NCBI GenBank assembly: GCA_003559395.1
Contig: PWLL01000051.1
Coordinates: forward strand, 15,019-47,018
DNA from: Candidatus Iainarchaeum sp.
Lineage (GTDB): Archaea; Iainarchaeota; Iainarchaeia; Iainarchaeales; CSSED10-239
DNA length: 32,000 bases
Direction of reading: 5' to 3'
The translations under genes and the position numbers were made by a program. The notes under the pieces were generated by a model. The model worked only from the letters and a program-made list of their open reading frames with translations. It was not told the origin of the DNA and made no database searches. Each line of letters begins with the position of its first letter. The first letter of the stretch is position 1. Below, in pieces: positions 23,810 through 32,000 of the stretch.

Positions 23810-26404
23810 ATGATAAGTAATACAAAAAAAATAAGAGGAATTGATTTTTCTGTACTAAGTCCAGAAATGATTAGGAAAATGTCTGCTGTAGAAATTGTTA
23901 GACCAGAAACCTATGATAAAGACGGATATCCTTTAGAAAGAGGGCTGATGGACCCACACCTTGGAACAATATCTCCAGGACTAAGATGTAAAACCTGTGG
24001 CCAAAACATGAAAAATTGTCCAGGTCATTTTGGAAGCTTAGAACTTGTAAGACCTGTAATTTATCCAAAATATAGTGATAAATTACTATTAATATTACAA
24101 ACAACATGTAAAGAATGTGGACGATTGATAGCAAACGATCTAGAAATAAAAGACCTTATGAAGATATCAGACGATCAAGCAAGATGCCAAAAAGAAATAA
24201 AAAACGTTTTAAAAAAATATAAAGAATGTCCACACTGTCAAGCACCAGTAAGAAAAGTAGTCTTAGACAAACCAACTAATTTTTATATAGACCAAGAAAG
24301 AATCTATCCTTCAGAAATATTAGAATGGGTACTTAAGATACCAGATGAAGAAAAATTTATATTTGGATATTCAGAAGATATAAAACCTGAATGGTTTATC
24401 GTCACTGTTTTACCTATATCTCCAGTTGCAATAAGACCATCTTTGTCTTTAGAAAATGTAATTACGTCTGAAGATGATCTAACCTATAAACTTTTAGATA
24501 TAGTTAGAATAAATTTAAGACTTTTAGAAAATATAAATGCAGGAGCACCACAAATAATTATAGAAGATCTATGGGATTTGTTACAATATAATATTACAAC
24601 ATATATAGACAACGAAACAGCAGGAGTACCACCAACAAAACAAAGAAGCGGAAAACCACTAAAATCAATATCAGAAAGACTAAAATCCAAAAAAGGAAGA
24701 TTTAGATTAAATCTTATTGGAAAAAGAGTAAACTCTTCTGCAAGAGCAACAATAACACCATCCTTAGATATAAAAATAAATGAACTTGGTGTGCCACAAG
24801 AAGTTGCAGATACACTATTAATTTCAGAAAAAGTTACTTTTTGGAATATGAAAAGATTAAAAAAATCAATTTTAGAAGGCTCTGCAAAATATGCAATAAC
24901 AGAAAGAAACTTAAGAAAAATGGTTACTGAAGAAAATAAAAAAGAAATTGCAGAAAGTGTAGAAGAAGGAATGACAGTAAGAAGAAAACTTAAAGACGGA
25001 GACCTTGTTATATTTAATCGACAACCAACACTACATAGAACCTCAGTAATGGGACATTATGTGAAAGTTGTTCCTGGAAAAGCCTTTAGAATAAATCCAA
25101 TTATTGTAGGACCTTATAACGCTGACTTTGACGGAGATGAAATGAACATGCACTGTCCACAGTCAGAAGAAACATACGCAGAAATTAAAGAACTAATGTC
25201 TTTAGAAAAACACATGATCAGTATTAGACACGGAAACCCTGCACTTACACCAGATGATTATTTAGTAACAGGAAGTTATCTTTTTACAAAAAAAGATACA
25301 GAATTTACAAAAAAAGAAGTTATGGAAATGCTTTACTCAGTAGGAATAACAGAACTACCAACAGCAGATAGAGGAAGAGGAAACTATTCAGGAAAATTGA
25401 TTTTTAGTCAAGTGCTTCCAAAAACATTAAATATAGAATATAAAACAAAGCTATGTAAGATAATAACTCAAAATAATCTATGTAAAAAATGTACAAAAGA
25501 AAAATGTAAATACGACGCTTATTTTAAAATAGAAAACGGACTTTTAATTTCAGGACATCTAGACTCAGAAGCAGCAGGACATAAAAACCTTTTTGAAACT
25601 ATCTATAAACATTATGGTCCAGAAAGTATAGTGGACGTATATTATAAATATGCTAAATTTGTTTTGTTTGGTTTGCAAAAAAAAGGACTTACAATGTCTT
25701 TAGACGAATATAATGCATCTCCTGAACTAAAAAAAGAAATAACTCAATATGCAAGAAAAACTATAACCTCATCAAATGCTTTTGTTAAGAAATATGAAAA
25801 CAAAACCCTACCTTTGATTCCAGGAAAAAATCTTGATGAAACTTTTGAAAGCGAAATAATAAAACTTACAGGTGAAATAAAAGCAGAACTTTCAGAAAGA
25901 ATTATGAAAGAAAAACTAGGCTCAATATTGTCCAAAACTAAAAATTTAAACAACAATTCTACATTAGTTGCTTCTATTGGAGGCTCTCGTGGAAAAATAT
26001 TAAATGTTGTAAATATGATGGCTTTTTGGGGACAACACACTATAAGAACAGGAAGACCAAAAACTGGTTTTTCAGGCAGAGTTTTAAGCCATAGTCAAAA
26101 AGGAAGTAACCAAATAGGCGACTTTGGATTTGTTGACTGTAACTTTTTTAATGGATTTCCACCTAAAGAATACTTCTTTCACGCAATAGGTGGAAGACAA
26201 GGAGAAGTGGATACTGGTGTTGCAACAAAAGTATCTGGATATCTATATAGAAGACTTTCAAATGCATTAAAAGACCTTATTGTAGGAGATGATTTGAAAG
26301 TTGTCGGAGCTGATGGAAAAATTATTCAGTTTACCTATGGAGATGATGGATTATCTCCAGACAAAGCATATCTTGGAAAAAATATAAATTTCTTTGATGA
26401 ATAA
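23810..26404 (+). CDS. rpoA1: DNA-directed RNA polymerase subunit A'
   Basis: Zinc motifs CKTCGQ..CPGHFG. Catalytic YNADFDGDEMNMH. FNRQPTLHRTSVM. The track start ATG 23801 is possible; ATG 23810 has the better spacing from GATGGT. Confidence 0.95.
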   Translation: MISNTKKIRGIDFSVLSPEMIRKMSAVEIVRPETYDKDGYPLERGLMDPHLGTISPGLRCKTCGQNMKNCPGHFGSLELVRPVIYPKYSDKLLLILQTTCKECGRLIANDLEIKDLMKISDDQARCQKEIKNVLKKYKECPHCQAPVRKVVLDKPTNFYIDQERIYPSEILEWVLKIPDEEKFIFGYSEDIKPEWFIVTVLPISPVAIRPSLSLENVITSEDDLTYKLLDIVRINLRLLENINAGAPQIIIEDLWDLLQYNITTYIDNETAGVPPTKQRSGKPLKSISERLKSKKGRFRLNLIGKRVNSSARATITPSLDIKINELGVPQEVADTLLISEKVTFWNMKRLKKSILEGSAKYAITERNLRKMVTEENKKEIAESVEEGMTVRRKLKDGDLVIFNRQPTLHRTSVMGHYVKVVPGKAFRINPIIVGPYNADFDGDEMNMHCPQSEETYAEIKELMSLEKHMISIRHGNPALTPDDYLVTGSYLFTKKDTEFTKKEVMEMLYSVGITELPTADRGRGNYSGKLIFSQVLPKTLNIEYKTKLCKIITQNNLCKKCTKEKCKYDAYFKIENGLLISGHLDSEAAGHKNLFETIYKHYGPESIVDVYYKYAKFVLFGLQKKGLTMSLDEYNASPELKKEITQYARKTITSSNAFVKKYENKTLPLIPGKNLDETFESEIIKLTGEIKAELSERIMKEKLGSILSKTKNLNNNSTLVASIGGSRGKILNVVNMMAFWGQHTIRTGRPKTGFSGRVLSHSQKGSNQIGDFGFVDCNFFNGFPPKEYFFHAIGGRQGEVDTGVATKVSGYLYRRLSNALKDLIVGDDLKVVGADGKIIQFTYGDDGLSPDKAYLGKNINFFDE

Positions 26405-26425
26405 AAATATTTAAGGTGTATGAAG

Positions 26426-27595
26426 ATGAAAGAACTTCCAGAAAAAATATTAGAAAAAGTAGGAAAATATGCTGAAAGTAAAAAATTTTCAGACTATAAA
26501 AAACAAAAACTAATAGATGTTGTTACACAAGGATATAATCAAGGGTTAGTCTGTAAAGGAGACGCCATGGGATTAATTGCAGCACAATCTATAGGAGAAC
26601 CAGGAACACAGCTAACCTTAAGAACAAAACACTATGCGGGTTCTCAAGAAGTTTCTGTTGGATCAGGAATACAGAGACTTTCAGAAATCGTAGATGCAAG
26701 ATCTTTTTCAAAACATCCACAGATGACTGTTTATTTAAACAAAGAAATTATTAAAACAAAAAAAGATGCACAAAAATTTTGTAATAATCTTGTTTATGTT
26801 ACAGCAGATGATATAGGTGAGTTTCAAGAAGATTTTTATAATAGAAATGTTGTATATAAGATAGATGAACAAAAAGTAGAAGATCTTTTCTTAGATAAAG
26901 AAGAAATAATTACTTTGATTTTTGATAGTATAGATGGATTATACACCTCAAAAAGATTTTCTGGAAAAAAAACACAAATAAACTTTCTTTTTGATAAAAA
27001 CACTCCGTTATATGATATAAGAAAAGCAATCATAAAATGGAAAAAAATACCAGTCTCAGGATGTAAAAAAATAGAAGAAACAATTTTGTCTGAAAAAGAA
27101 AATGAATATGTGATATTAACTAAAGGATCAAATCTTAAAGAAGTTTTAAAATACGAAGAAATTGATAGTTATAGAACAGTAACTAACGATTTGGCAGAAA
27201 CGTATAAAATCTTAGGAGTAGAAGCAGCAAGACATGCAGTTGTTAAATATTTTTTACAAGTTTTTGAAGAAAATGGAATTGCAATAGATAATAGACACGC
27301 TTATTTATTAGCTGATCTTATGACATCAAACGGATTGTTACAAGGAGTTGTAAGAACAGGAATAACTGGTGCTAAAAAAAGTCCGTTTGCAAGAGCTTCT
27401 TTTGAAGAAACAACTAAACATTTGTTAAACGCTGCACTAAACAGAGAAAGAGAAGAACTTAACGGAATTGTAGAAAATATAATCGTTGGACAACCAATAA
27501 ACTCAGGAACAGGAATAGTAAAACTTACTCTTGATCCAAAAGGTTTTGAAAAAATGGTTAAAGCAAAAAAGAAAATGGAGGAAAAAAACAAATAA
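26426..27595 (+). CDS. rpoA2: DNA-directed RNA polymerase subunit A''
   Basis: IGEPGTQLTLRTKHYAG (trigger-loop region) and C-terminal FEETTKHLLNAA...ENIIVGQ. ATG 26426 is 7 nt after AAGGTG; the track's ATG 26420 is only 1 nt after it. Confidence 0.95.
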   Translation: MKELPEKILEKVGKYAESKKFSDYKKQKLIDVVTQGYNQGLVCKGDAMGLIAAQSIGEPGTQLTLRTKHYAGSQEVSVGSGIQRLSEIVDARSFSKHPQMTVYLNKEIIKTKKDAQKFCNNLVYVTADDIGEFQEDFYNRNVVYKIDEQKVEDLFLDKEEIITLIFDSIDGLYTSKRFSGKKTQINFLFDKNTPLYDIRKAIIKWKKIPVSGCKKIEETILSEKENEYVILTKGSNLKEVLKYEEIDSYRTVTNDLAETYKILGVEAARHAVVKYFLQVFEENGIAIDNRHAYLLADLMTSNGLLQGVVRTGITGAKKSPFARASFEETTKHLLNAALNREREELNGIVENIIVGQPINSGTGIVKLTLDPKGFEKMVKAKKKMEEKNK

Positions 27596-27757
27596 ATTTG
27601 TGAAAAATATAATTTTTCTAAAAAATGTTTGTTTTTAAAAGCTTTTGTATCTTAAGATATATTATATATAATAAAATTATATACCTTATTATACAAAATA
27701 CGAAAAAAGAAAAAGAAAAATAATTTCTTTTTTTATAAAATAATAAAGTGATTTTTT

Positions 27758-28240
27758 ATGGATTGGAGTTTAATTGAACAAGAACTAAAAAACGTTATAG
27801 ATACAGGAAAAATAATTTATGGAACAAACAATGTAGAAAAAGAAATGTTGATTGGAGAACCAAAATTGTTAATCATAAGTGATACTATAGAAAAAAGATA
27901 TGAACAATTATTTTTATACTATGCAGATATTTTAGATATAAGAGTTGTTAAATATCCAGACAGATCAAAAGAACTAGGCTCTGTTTGTGGAAAACCCTTT
28001 GGCGTGTCTGCTTTAGTTGTAAATGATTTTGGAAGATCAAATCTTTTAGAATCTTTAGATAAAAAGAAAACAGAAAATAAAGAAAATAAAAAAGCAAAAA
28101 AGAAACAAATAAAAAAAGAAGAAAAAAATAAACAAAAAATAAAAAAAATAAAAGCAAAAGAAGAAATTGAAAAAAAAGAAGAAACACCTATAGAAGAAGA
28201 TGAATTCTTTAAAGATGTTGTAAAGATTAAAAAAAAATGA
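27758..28240 (+). CDS. rpl30e: Ribosomal protein L30e (eL30) with a ~60-aa Lys/Glu-rich C-terminal extension
   Basis: The first ~100 aa (VIDTGKIIYGTNNVEKEML.GEPKLLIIS......GSVCGKPFGVSALVVNDFG) match L30e. Canonical position after rpoA''. The tail is KKKTENKENKKAKKKQIKKEEKNKQKIKKIK... Confidence 0.85.
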   Translation: MDWSLIEQELKNVIDTGKIIYGTNNVEKEMLIGEPKLLIISDTIEKRYEQLFLYYADILDIRVVKYPDRSKELGSVCGKPFGVSALVVNDFGRSNLLESLDKKKTENKENKKAKKKQIKKEEKNKQKIKKIKAKEEIEKKEETPIEEDEFFKDVVKIKKK

Positions 28241-28254
28241 TATGGTGACGAAAT

Positions 28255-28680
28255 ATGGCTAATGGAGAATTTTCTGCAAGAAAACTTATAAAAGATAGAA
28301 AGAAATGGAAAAAGAAAAATCCACACGAAAAAAGAAAAATCAAAGTAAGACTGAAAAAAGGACTGCTTAAAGGAGCACCACAAGCAAAAGGAATTGTTCT
28401 TGAAAAGAAAGGAATTACTGCAAGACAGCCTAACTCAGGTATAAGAAAATGTGTTAGAGTGCAGTTGATTAAAAATGGAAAAGAACTTACAGCTTTTGCA
28501 CCAAAAGATCAAGCAATAAAGTTTATTGATGCTCACGATCAAGTTACTGTTGAAGGTATCGGTGGTCGTAAAGGGGCGTCTATTGGTGATCTTTGGGGTG
28601 TTAGATATAAAGTTATTAAAGTAAATGATATTTCTTTAGAACAACTAAGAAAAGGAAAAAAAGAAAAAGTAAAGCGATAA
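28255..28680 (+). CDS. rps12: Ribosomal protein S12 (uS12)
   Basis: [44 protein letters not shown]....IDAHDQV.VEGIGG is the conserved uS12 core. SD GGTGA. Confidence 0.95.
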   Translation: MANGEFSARKLIKDRKKWKKKNPHEKRKIKVRLKKGLLKGAPQAKGIVLEKKGITARQPNSGIRKCVRVQLIKNGKELTAFAPKDQAIKFIDAHDQVTVEGIGGRKGASIGDLWGVRYKVIKVNDISLEQLRKGKKEKVKR

Positions 28681-28700
28681 AATAAGAAGGTGTAGTAATT

Positions 28701-29300
28701 ATGAAGTTATTTAATAAATGGGATACTACAAAAATAGACTTTAAAGATCTTGGACTTAAAAAATATGTTTGTCTTGAGTTAAGGATACTTCCTCAATCTT
28801 TTGGAAACACAAACAAAGAAAGTTCAAGAAAAAGTAAAATAAATGTAGTAGAAAGACTAATAAATAAAATGATGAGATCAGGACAAGGAAAAAAGAAACT
28901 TTCTGGAAAATATATAAGACATAGACTAGGTACAGGAAAAAAAGAACAAATTATTAAATTTGTTGACGAATCTTTTGATTATATTCATAAAGTAACTAAA
29001 GAAAATCCAGTACAAATTTTTATTAGAGCAATAGAAAATAGTGCTCCAAGAGAAGATATAACAAAACTGCAAAAAGGTGGAATCACATATACACAAGCAG
29101 TAGATGTTGCGCCAGTTAAAAGACTGGACGAATCTTTAAAAAACATAGCTTTGGCAACATATAAAAATACATACAATTCAAAAACAGAACCATACAAAGC
29201 ACTTTCAGAAGAAATTATTGCAGCATCAAAAAACGATTCAAAAAGTTACGCAGTAAAAAGAAAAGACGAGATTGAAAGAATCGCACAAGGTTCTAGATAA
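28701..29300 (+). CDS. rps7: Ribosomal protein S7 (uS7)
   Basis: KLFNKWD....DF.D.GLKKY N-terminus, AIENSAPREDIT, and a YAVKRKDEIERIA C-terminus typical of archaeal uS7. SD AAGGTG. Confidence 0.95.
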   Translation: MKLFNKWDTTKIDFKDLGLKKYVCLELRILPQSFGNTNKESSRKSKINVVERLINKMMRSGQGKKKLSGKYIRHRLGTGKKEQIIKFVDESFDYIHKVTKENPVQIFIRAIENSAPREDITKLQKGGITYTQAVDVAPVKRLDESLKNIALATYKNTYNSKTEPYKALSEEIIAASKNDSKSYAVKRKDEIERIAQGSR

Positions 29301-29359
29301 ATCGTTTCTCTTTTTTTTTATTTTAATCTTTTTTTTATAACAAATATAAAGGTGAATTT

Positions 29360-31558
29360 ATGGGAAGAAAAGAACAAGTTGCAGAACTTGCACAAAAATT
29401 AATGTCAAATATAAAAAATATAAGAAATATTGCAATAATTGCACATATTGATCACGGAAAATCTACATTAACAGATAATCTTGTTGCAACAGCAGGACTA
29501 ATTTCAAAAGATCTTGCTGGACAACAAGTTTTTATGGACTCTTATGTTCTAGAACAACAAAGAGGAATCACGATTAACTCCTCAAACGTATCTGTTCCAT
29601 GTGAACATAAAGGAGAAAAATGGTTGATAAATATTATTGATACTCCAGGACACGTAGACTTTGGAGGAGATGTAATAAGAGCTATGAGAGCAGTTGATGG
29701 AGCTGTTTTAGTTGTTGATGCTGTGGAAGGATGTATGCCACAAACAGAAACAGTTTTAAGACAAGCTTTAAAAGAAAAAGTAAAACCTGTTTTGTTTATA
29801 AATAAAGTAGACAGACTAATAACAGAAATGAACGTAACACCAGAAGATATGCAAAAAAGATTTGTTAATATTATTATGGAAATAAATAACCTTATTTCTA
29901 AAAATGCACCCAAAGAATTTGTAAAAGACTGGTTAGTAAACATAAAAGATGGGTCTGTTGTTTTTGGGTCAGGTTTTCATAATTGGGCTTTATCAGTTCC
30001 AGCAATGCAAGAATTTAATTTAAAATTTGATGATGTAATAAATTATTGTAAAGAAGACAAACAAAAAGAACTTTCAGAAAAAATACCAATAAGTCACGTG
30101 TTTATTGAAATGGTCGTTAATCATTTACCAAACCCAAGACAATCACAAGAATACAGAATACCAACAATTTGGGGAGGAGACTTACAAACAGAAGAAGGAA
30201 AAGCAATGGTTAATTGTAACAGTGATAAAGAAAATATAGCGATGATGGTTACAGACGTTGTTTTAGATAAACATGCAGGAGATATTGCATCAGGAAGAAT
30301 CTATGCAGGAACTATAAAAAAAGGAGATGAACTTTTAATACTAGGAAAAGACAAACTAACAAAAATACAACAAGTAGGAATATATCTTGGACCAGAAAAA
30401 ATTATCTTAGATGAAGTTAGTGCAGGAAACATTGCGTGTATTGTTGGTATGAAAGAAGTTTATGCTGGAGAAACAATAACAAACAAAAACATGCACGGTT
30501 TTGAAAACTTTTTATCAGATGTAGAACCTGTTATGACTGTTTCTGTAGAAGCAAAAGATTCAAAAGACTTACCAAAATTAATAGAAGTTATTCATAATAT
30601 TACAAAAGAAGACCCTAATATAAGAGCAGAAATAAATCAAGAAACAGGAGAACATCTAATCTCAGGGATGGGTGAACTTCATCTTGAAATTACACAATAT
30701 AAGATTGAAAAAGATAATAACATACCAATAACAGTAAGTCCACCAATAATCCTTTACTATGAAACTATACAAAAAGAATCTCCAACTATAGAAGGAAAAA
30801 CACCAAACAAACATAATAAATTTAAGATCAACGTAGAACCAATAGAAGGAGAAATGCTAGAAATAATTAAATCAACAAAATTTGATGGTAAAATAAGACA
30901 AAACAAAGACCTTGATGTAATTGAAAAACTACAAAAAGCAGGATTTACAAGAGATGAAGCAAAAAGTGTTTGGGCAATACATAATCATTGTTTGTTAATA
31001 AATAGAACAAAAGGAATACAAAATCTGTTTGAAACCAAAGAACTTGTAATTGATGCTTTTGTGAATGCAACAAATGAAGGACCTGTTGCAAAAGAAAAAA
31101 TCACAGGAATGATTGTAAATTTAGAAGATGCAACCTTACACGAAGACGCAATACACAGAGGACCAGCACAAGTCTTACCTGCTGTAACAAGAGCAATCTA
31201 TGCTTGTGTTTTATCATCTGACTATACTTTGTTAGAACCAAAACAAAAATTATCAATCACTGTTCCACAAGACTTTATGGGTGCTGTATCAAAAGTACTT
31301 TCATCTAAAAGAACACAGATAGAAAAAATGGATGTGGAAGGAGATACTAGTGTTGTTATTGGAAACGTGCCTGTTAAATCAATGATTGGATTTAGTCAAT
31401 TGTTGAGAGGAGAAACACAAGGACGAGCACTTTGGACTGCAGAATATTCTGGTTATGAAAGATTGCCAAAATCTTTATTGGTTGAAACAATTACTGATAT
31501 CAGAAAAAGAAAAGGCATGGACCCAGAACCAAAACCTCCTGAATTTTTTATTGACTAA
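29360..31558 (+). CDS. fusA: Translation elongation factor 2 (aEF-2)
   Basis: G1 AHIDHGKSTLTD, G3 DTPGHVDF, G4 NKVDR. Diphthamide-site loop LHEDAIHRGPAQ. 732 aa. Confidence 0.97.
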   Translation: MGRKEQVAELAQKLMSNIKNIRNIAIIAHIDHGKSTLTDNLVATAGLISKDLAGQQVFMDSYVLEQQRGITINSSNVSVPCEHKGEKWLINIIDTPGHVDFGGDVIRAMRAVDGAVLVVDAVEGCMPQTETVLRQALKEKVKPVLFINKVDRLITEMNVTPEDMQKRFVNIIMEINNLISKNAPKEFVKDWLVNIKDGSVVFGSGFHNWALSVPAMQEFNLKFDDVINYCKEDKQKELSEKIPISHVFIEMVVNHLPNPRQSQEYRIPTIWGGDLQTEEGKAMVNCNSDKENIAMMVTDVVLDKHAGDIASGRIYAGTIKKGDELLILGKDKLTKIQQVGIYLGPEKIILDEVSAGNIACIVGMKEVYAGETITNKNMHGFENFLSDVEPVMTVSVEAKDSKDLPKLIEVIHNITKEDPNIRAEINQETGEHLISGMGELHLEITQYKIEKDNNIPITVSPPIILYYETIQKESPTIEGKTPNKHNKFKINVEPIEGEMLEIIKSTKFDGKIRQNKDLDVIEKLQKAGFTRDEAKSVWAIHNHCLLINRTKGIQNLFETKELVIDAFVNATNEGPVAKEKITGMIVNLEDATLHEDAIHRGPAQVLPAVTRAIYACVLSSDYTLLEPKQKLSITVPQDFMGAVSKVLSSKRTQIEKMDVEGDTSVVIGNVPVKSMIGFSQLLRGETQGRALWTAEYSGYERLPKSLLVETITDIRKRKGMDPEPKPPEFFID

Positions 31559-31799
31559 ATGTTAAAGACACAAAAACCTGGACAAAAGCGCACGGTTTTT
31601 TGGACAAAAATCCTGTGTTTTTTCTTATTCTTTTTTTTTATTTTTTTAAATGTTTTTTTGTAATTTTTACGTGTCACTTATTTTTGTCATTGATTTTTAT
31701 TATTTTGTTACGTAGGGCCTATTTTTTAAAAGGCTTTTTTTGTTTTTTGTTTGTTTGTTTTTTAGGACGCAAAAAATAAAGCGATTTTTAAGAAAAACC

Positions 31800-31848
31800 C
31801 ACAAAAAGAAACCTTTATATTTGTTTCCGTAATCCTTTTATATTATAT
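31800..31848 (+). promoter_or_regulatory. Putative BRE/TATA promoter for the Lys-rich protein gene; second copy of the composite element at 19822-19862
   Basis: CAC-A5-GAAACCTTTATA, then TTATATTATAT 18 nt downstream. The gene's SD (GGAGG, 31883) and ATG (31900) follow. Confidence 0.45.
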
Positions 31849-31899
31849 GTTATTATTTTAAAACATATTTCAAATAACTATTGGAGGTTGACAAAAACA

Positions 31900-32000
31900 A
31901 TGGTTACAAAAAAAAAGACAACAAAAAAGGTTGTTAGAAAAGCACCTGTAAAAAAGAAAACAGTTGCAAAAAAAGCACCTGTAAAAAAGAAAGCAGTTGT
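31900..32000 (+). CDS. Lys/Ala/Pro/Val-rich tandem-repeat protein (histone H1-tail-like), N-terminal part; 3' end lies outside the window
   Basis: GGAGG lies 12 nt upstream of the ATG. MVTKKKTTKKVVRKAPVKKKTVAKKAPVKKKAV... A 33-nt unit (31942-31974) repeats from 31975 with one mismatch. Confidence 0.6.
   Translation, partial: MVTKKKTTKKVVRKAPVKKKTVAKKAPVKKKAV

Noticed and set aside
21477-27591. Antisense or alternate-frame ORFs inside the RNAP genes (21477-21665, 22026-22415, 22797-23066, 23426-23677, 23898-24134, 24484-24690, 25744-26040, 26836-27033, 27301-27591)
   Set aside because: All lie opposite strongly conserved RNAP coding sequence. Purine-rich sense strands of AT-rich genes commonly leave long open antisense frames. 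None has start signals.
27919-28383. Minus-strand ORFs of 154 aa and 79 aa
   Set aside because: They are antisense to the poly-Lys tail of rpl30e and the start of rps12. The translations are poly-Phe/Leu/Ser low complexity.

Overview
This is an AT-rich (about 30% GC by eye) archaeal chromosome segment. It probably comes from a small-genome DPANN-type archaeon; that assignment is an inference from gene content, Lys-rich low-complexity tails and strong Shine-Dalgarno (SD) use. The right half (20.0-31.6 kb) is the conserved archaeal information-processing cluster rpoH-rpoB''-rpoB'-rpoA'-rpoA'', then rpl30e-rps12-rps7-aEF-2. nusA and tuf are missing from their usual positions in it. The left half holds housekeeping genes: thrS, ftsZ, deoxyhypusine synthase, a DEAD-box helicase, a Kef-type antiporter and an MFS transporter. 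It also holds three tRNAs (Leu-CAA, Met-CAT, Glu-CTC) and an SRP RNA on the minus strand that the ORF track misreads as a 66-aa ORF. Two regions stand out. (1) 2100-5788 is a tightly coupled four-gene operon. It joins a membrane wHTH regulator with a CxC loop, an exported thioredoxin fused to a CcdA/DsbD-type membrane core, an HdrB/LutA-like CCG protein and a LutB-like Fe-S protein. I read it as a candidate undescribed transmembrane thiol-disulfide relay. (2) 10612-12678 starts with tRNA-Met, followed by two small cassettes: HicB/HicA plus a nonsense-interrupted methyltransferase, then a DUF2281-like antitoxin plus a MazF/PemK toxin. Each cassette ends in a direct repeat of the tRNA 3' end, and no integrase is present. 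I saw no CRISPR array, rRNA, transposase or integrase. All family assignments come from motif recognition by eye and need HMM or covariance-model confirmation.
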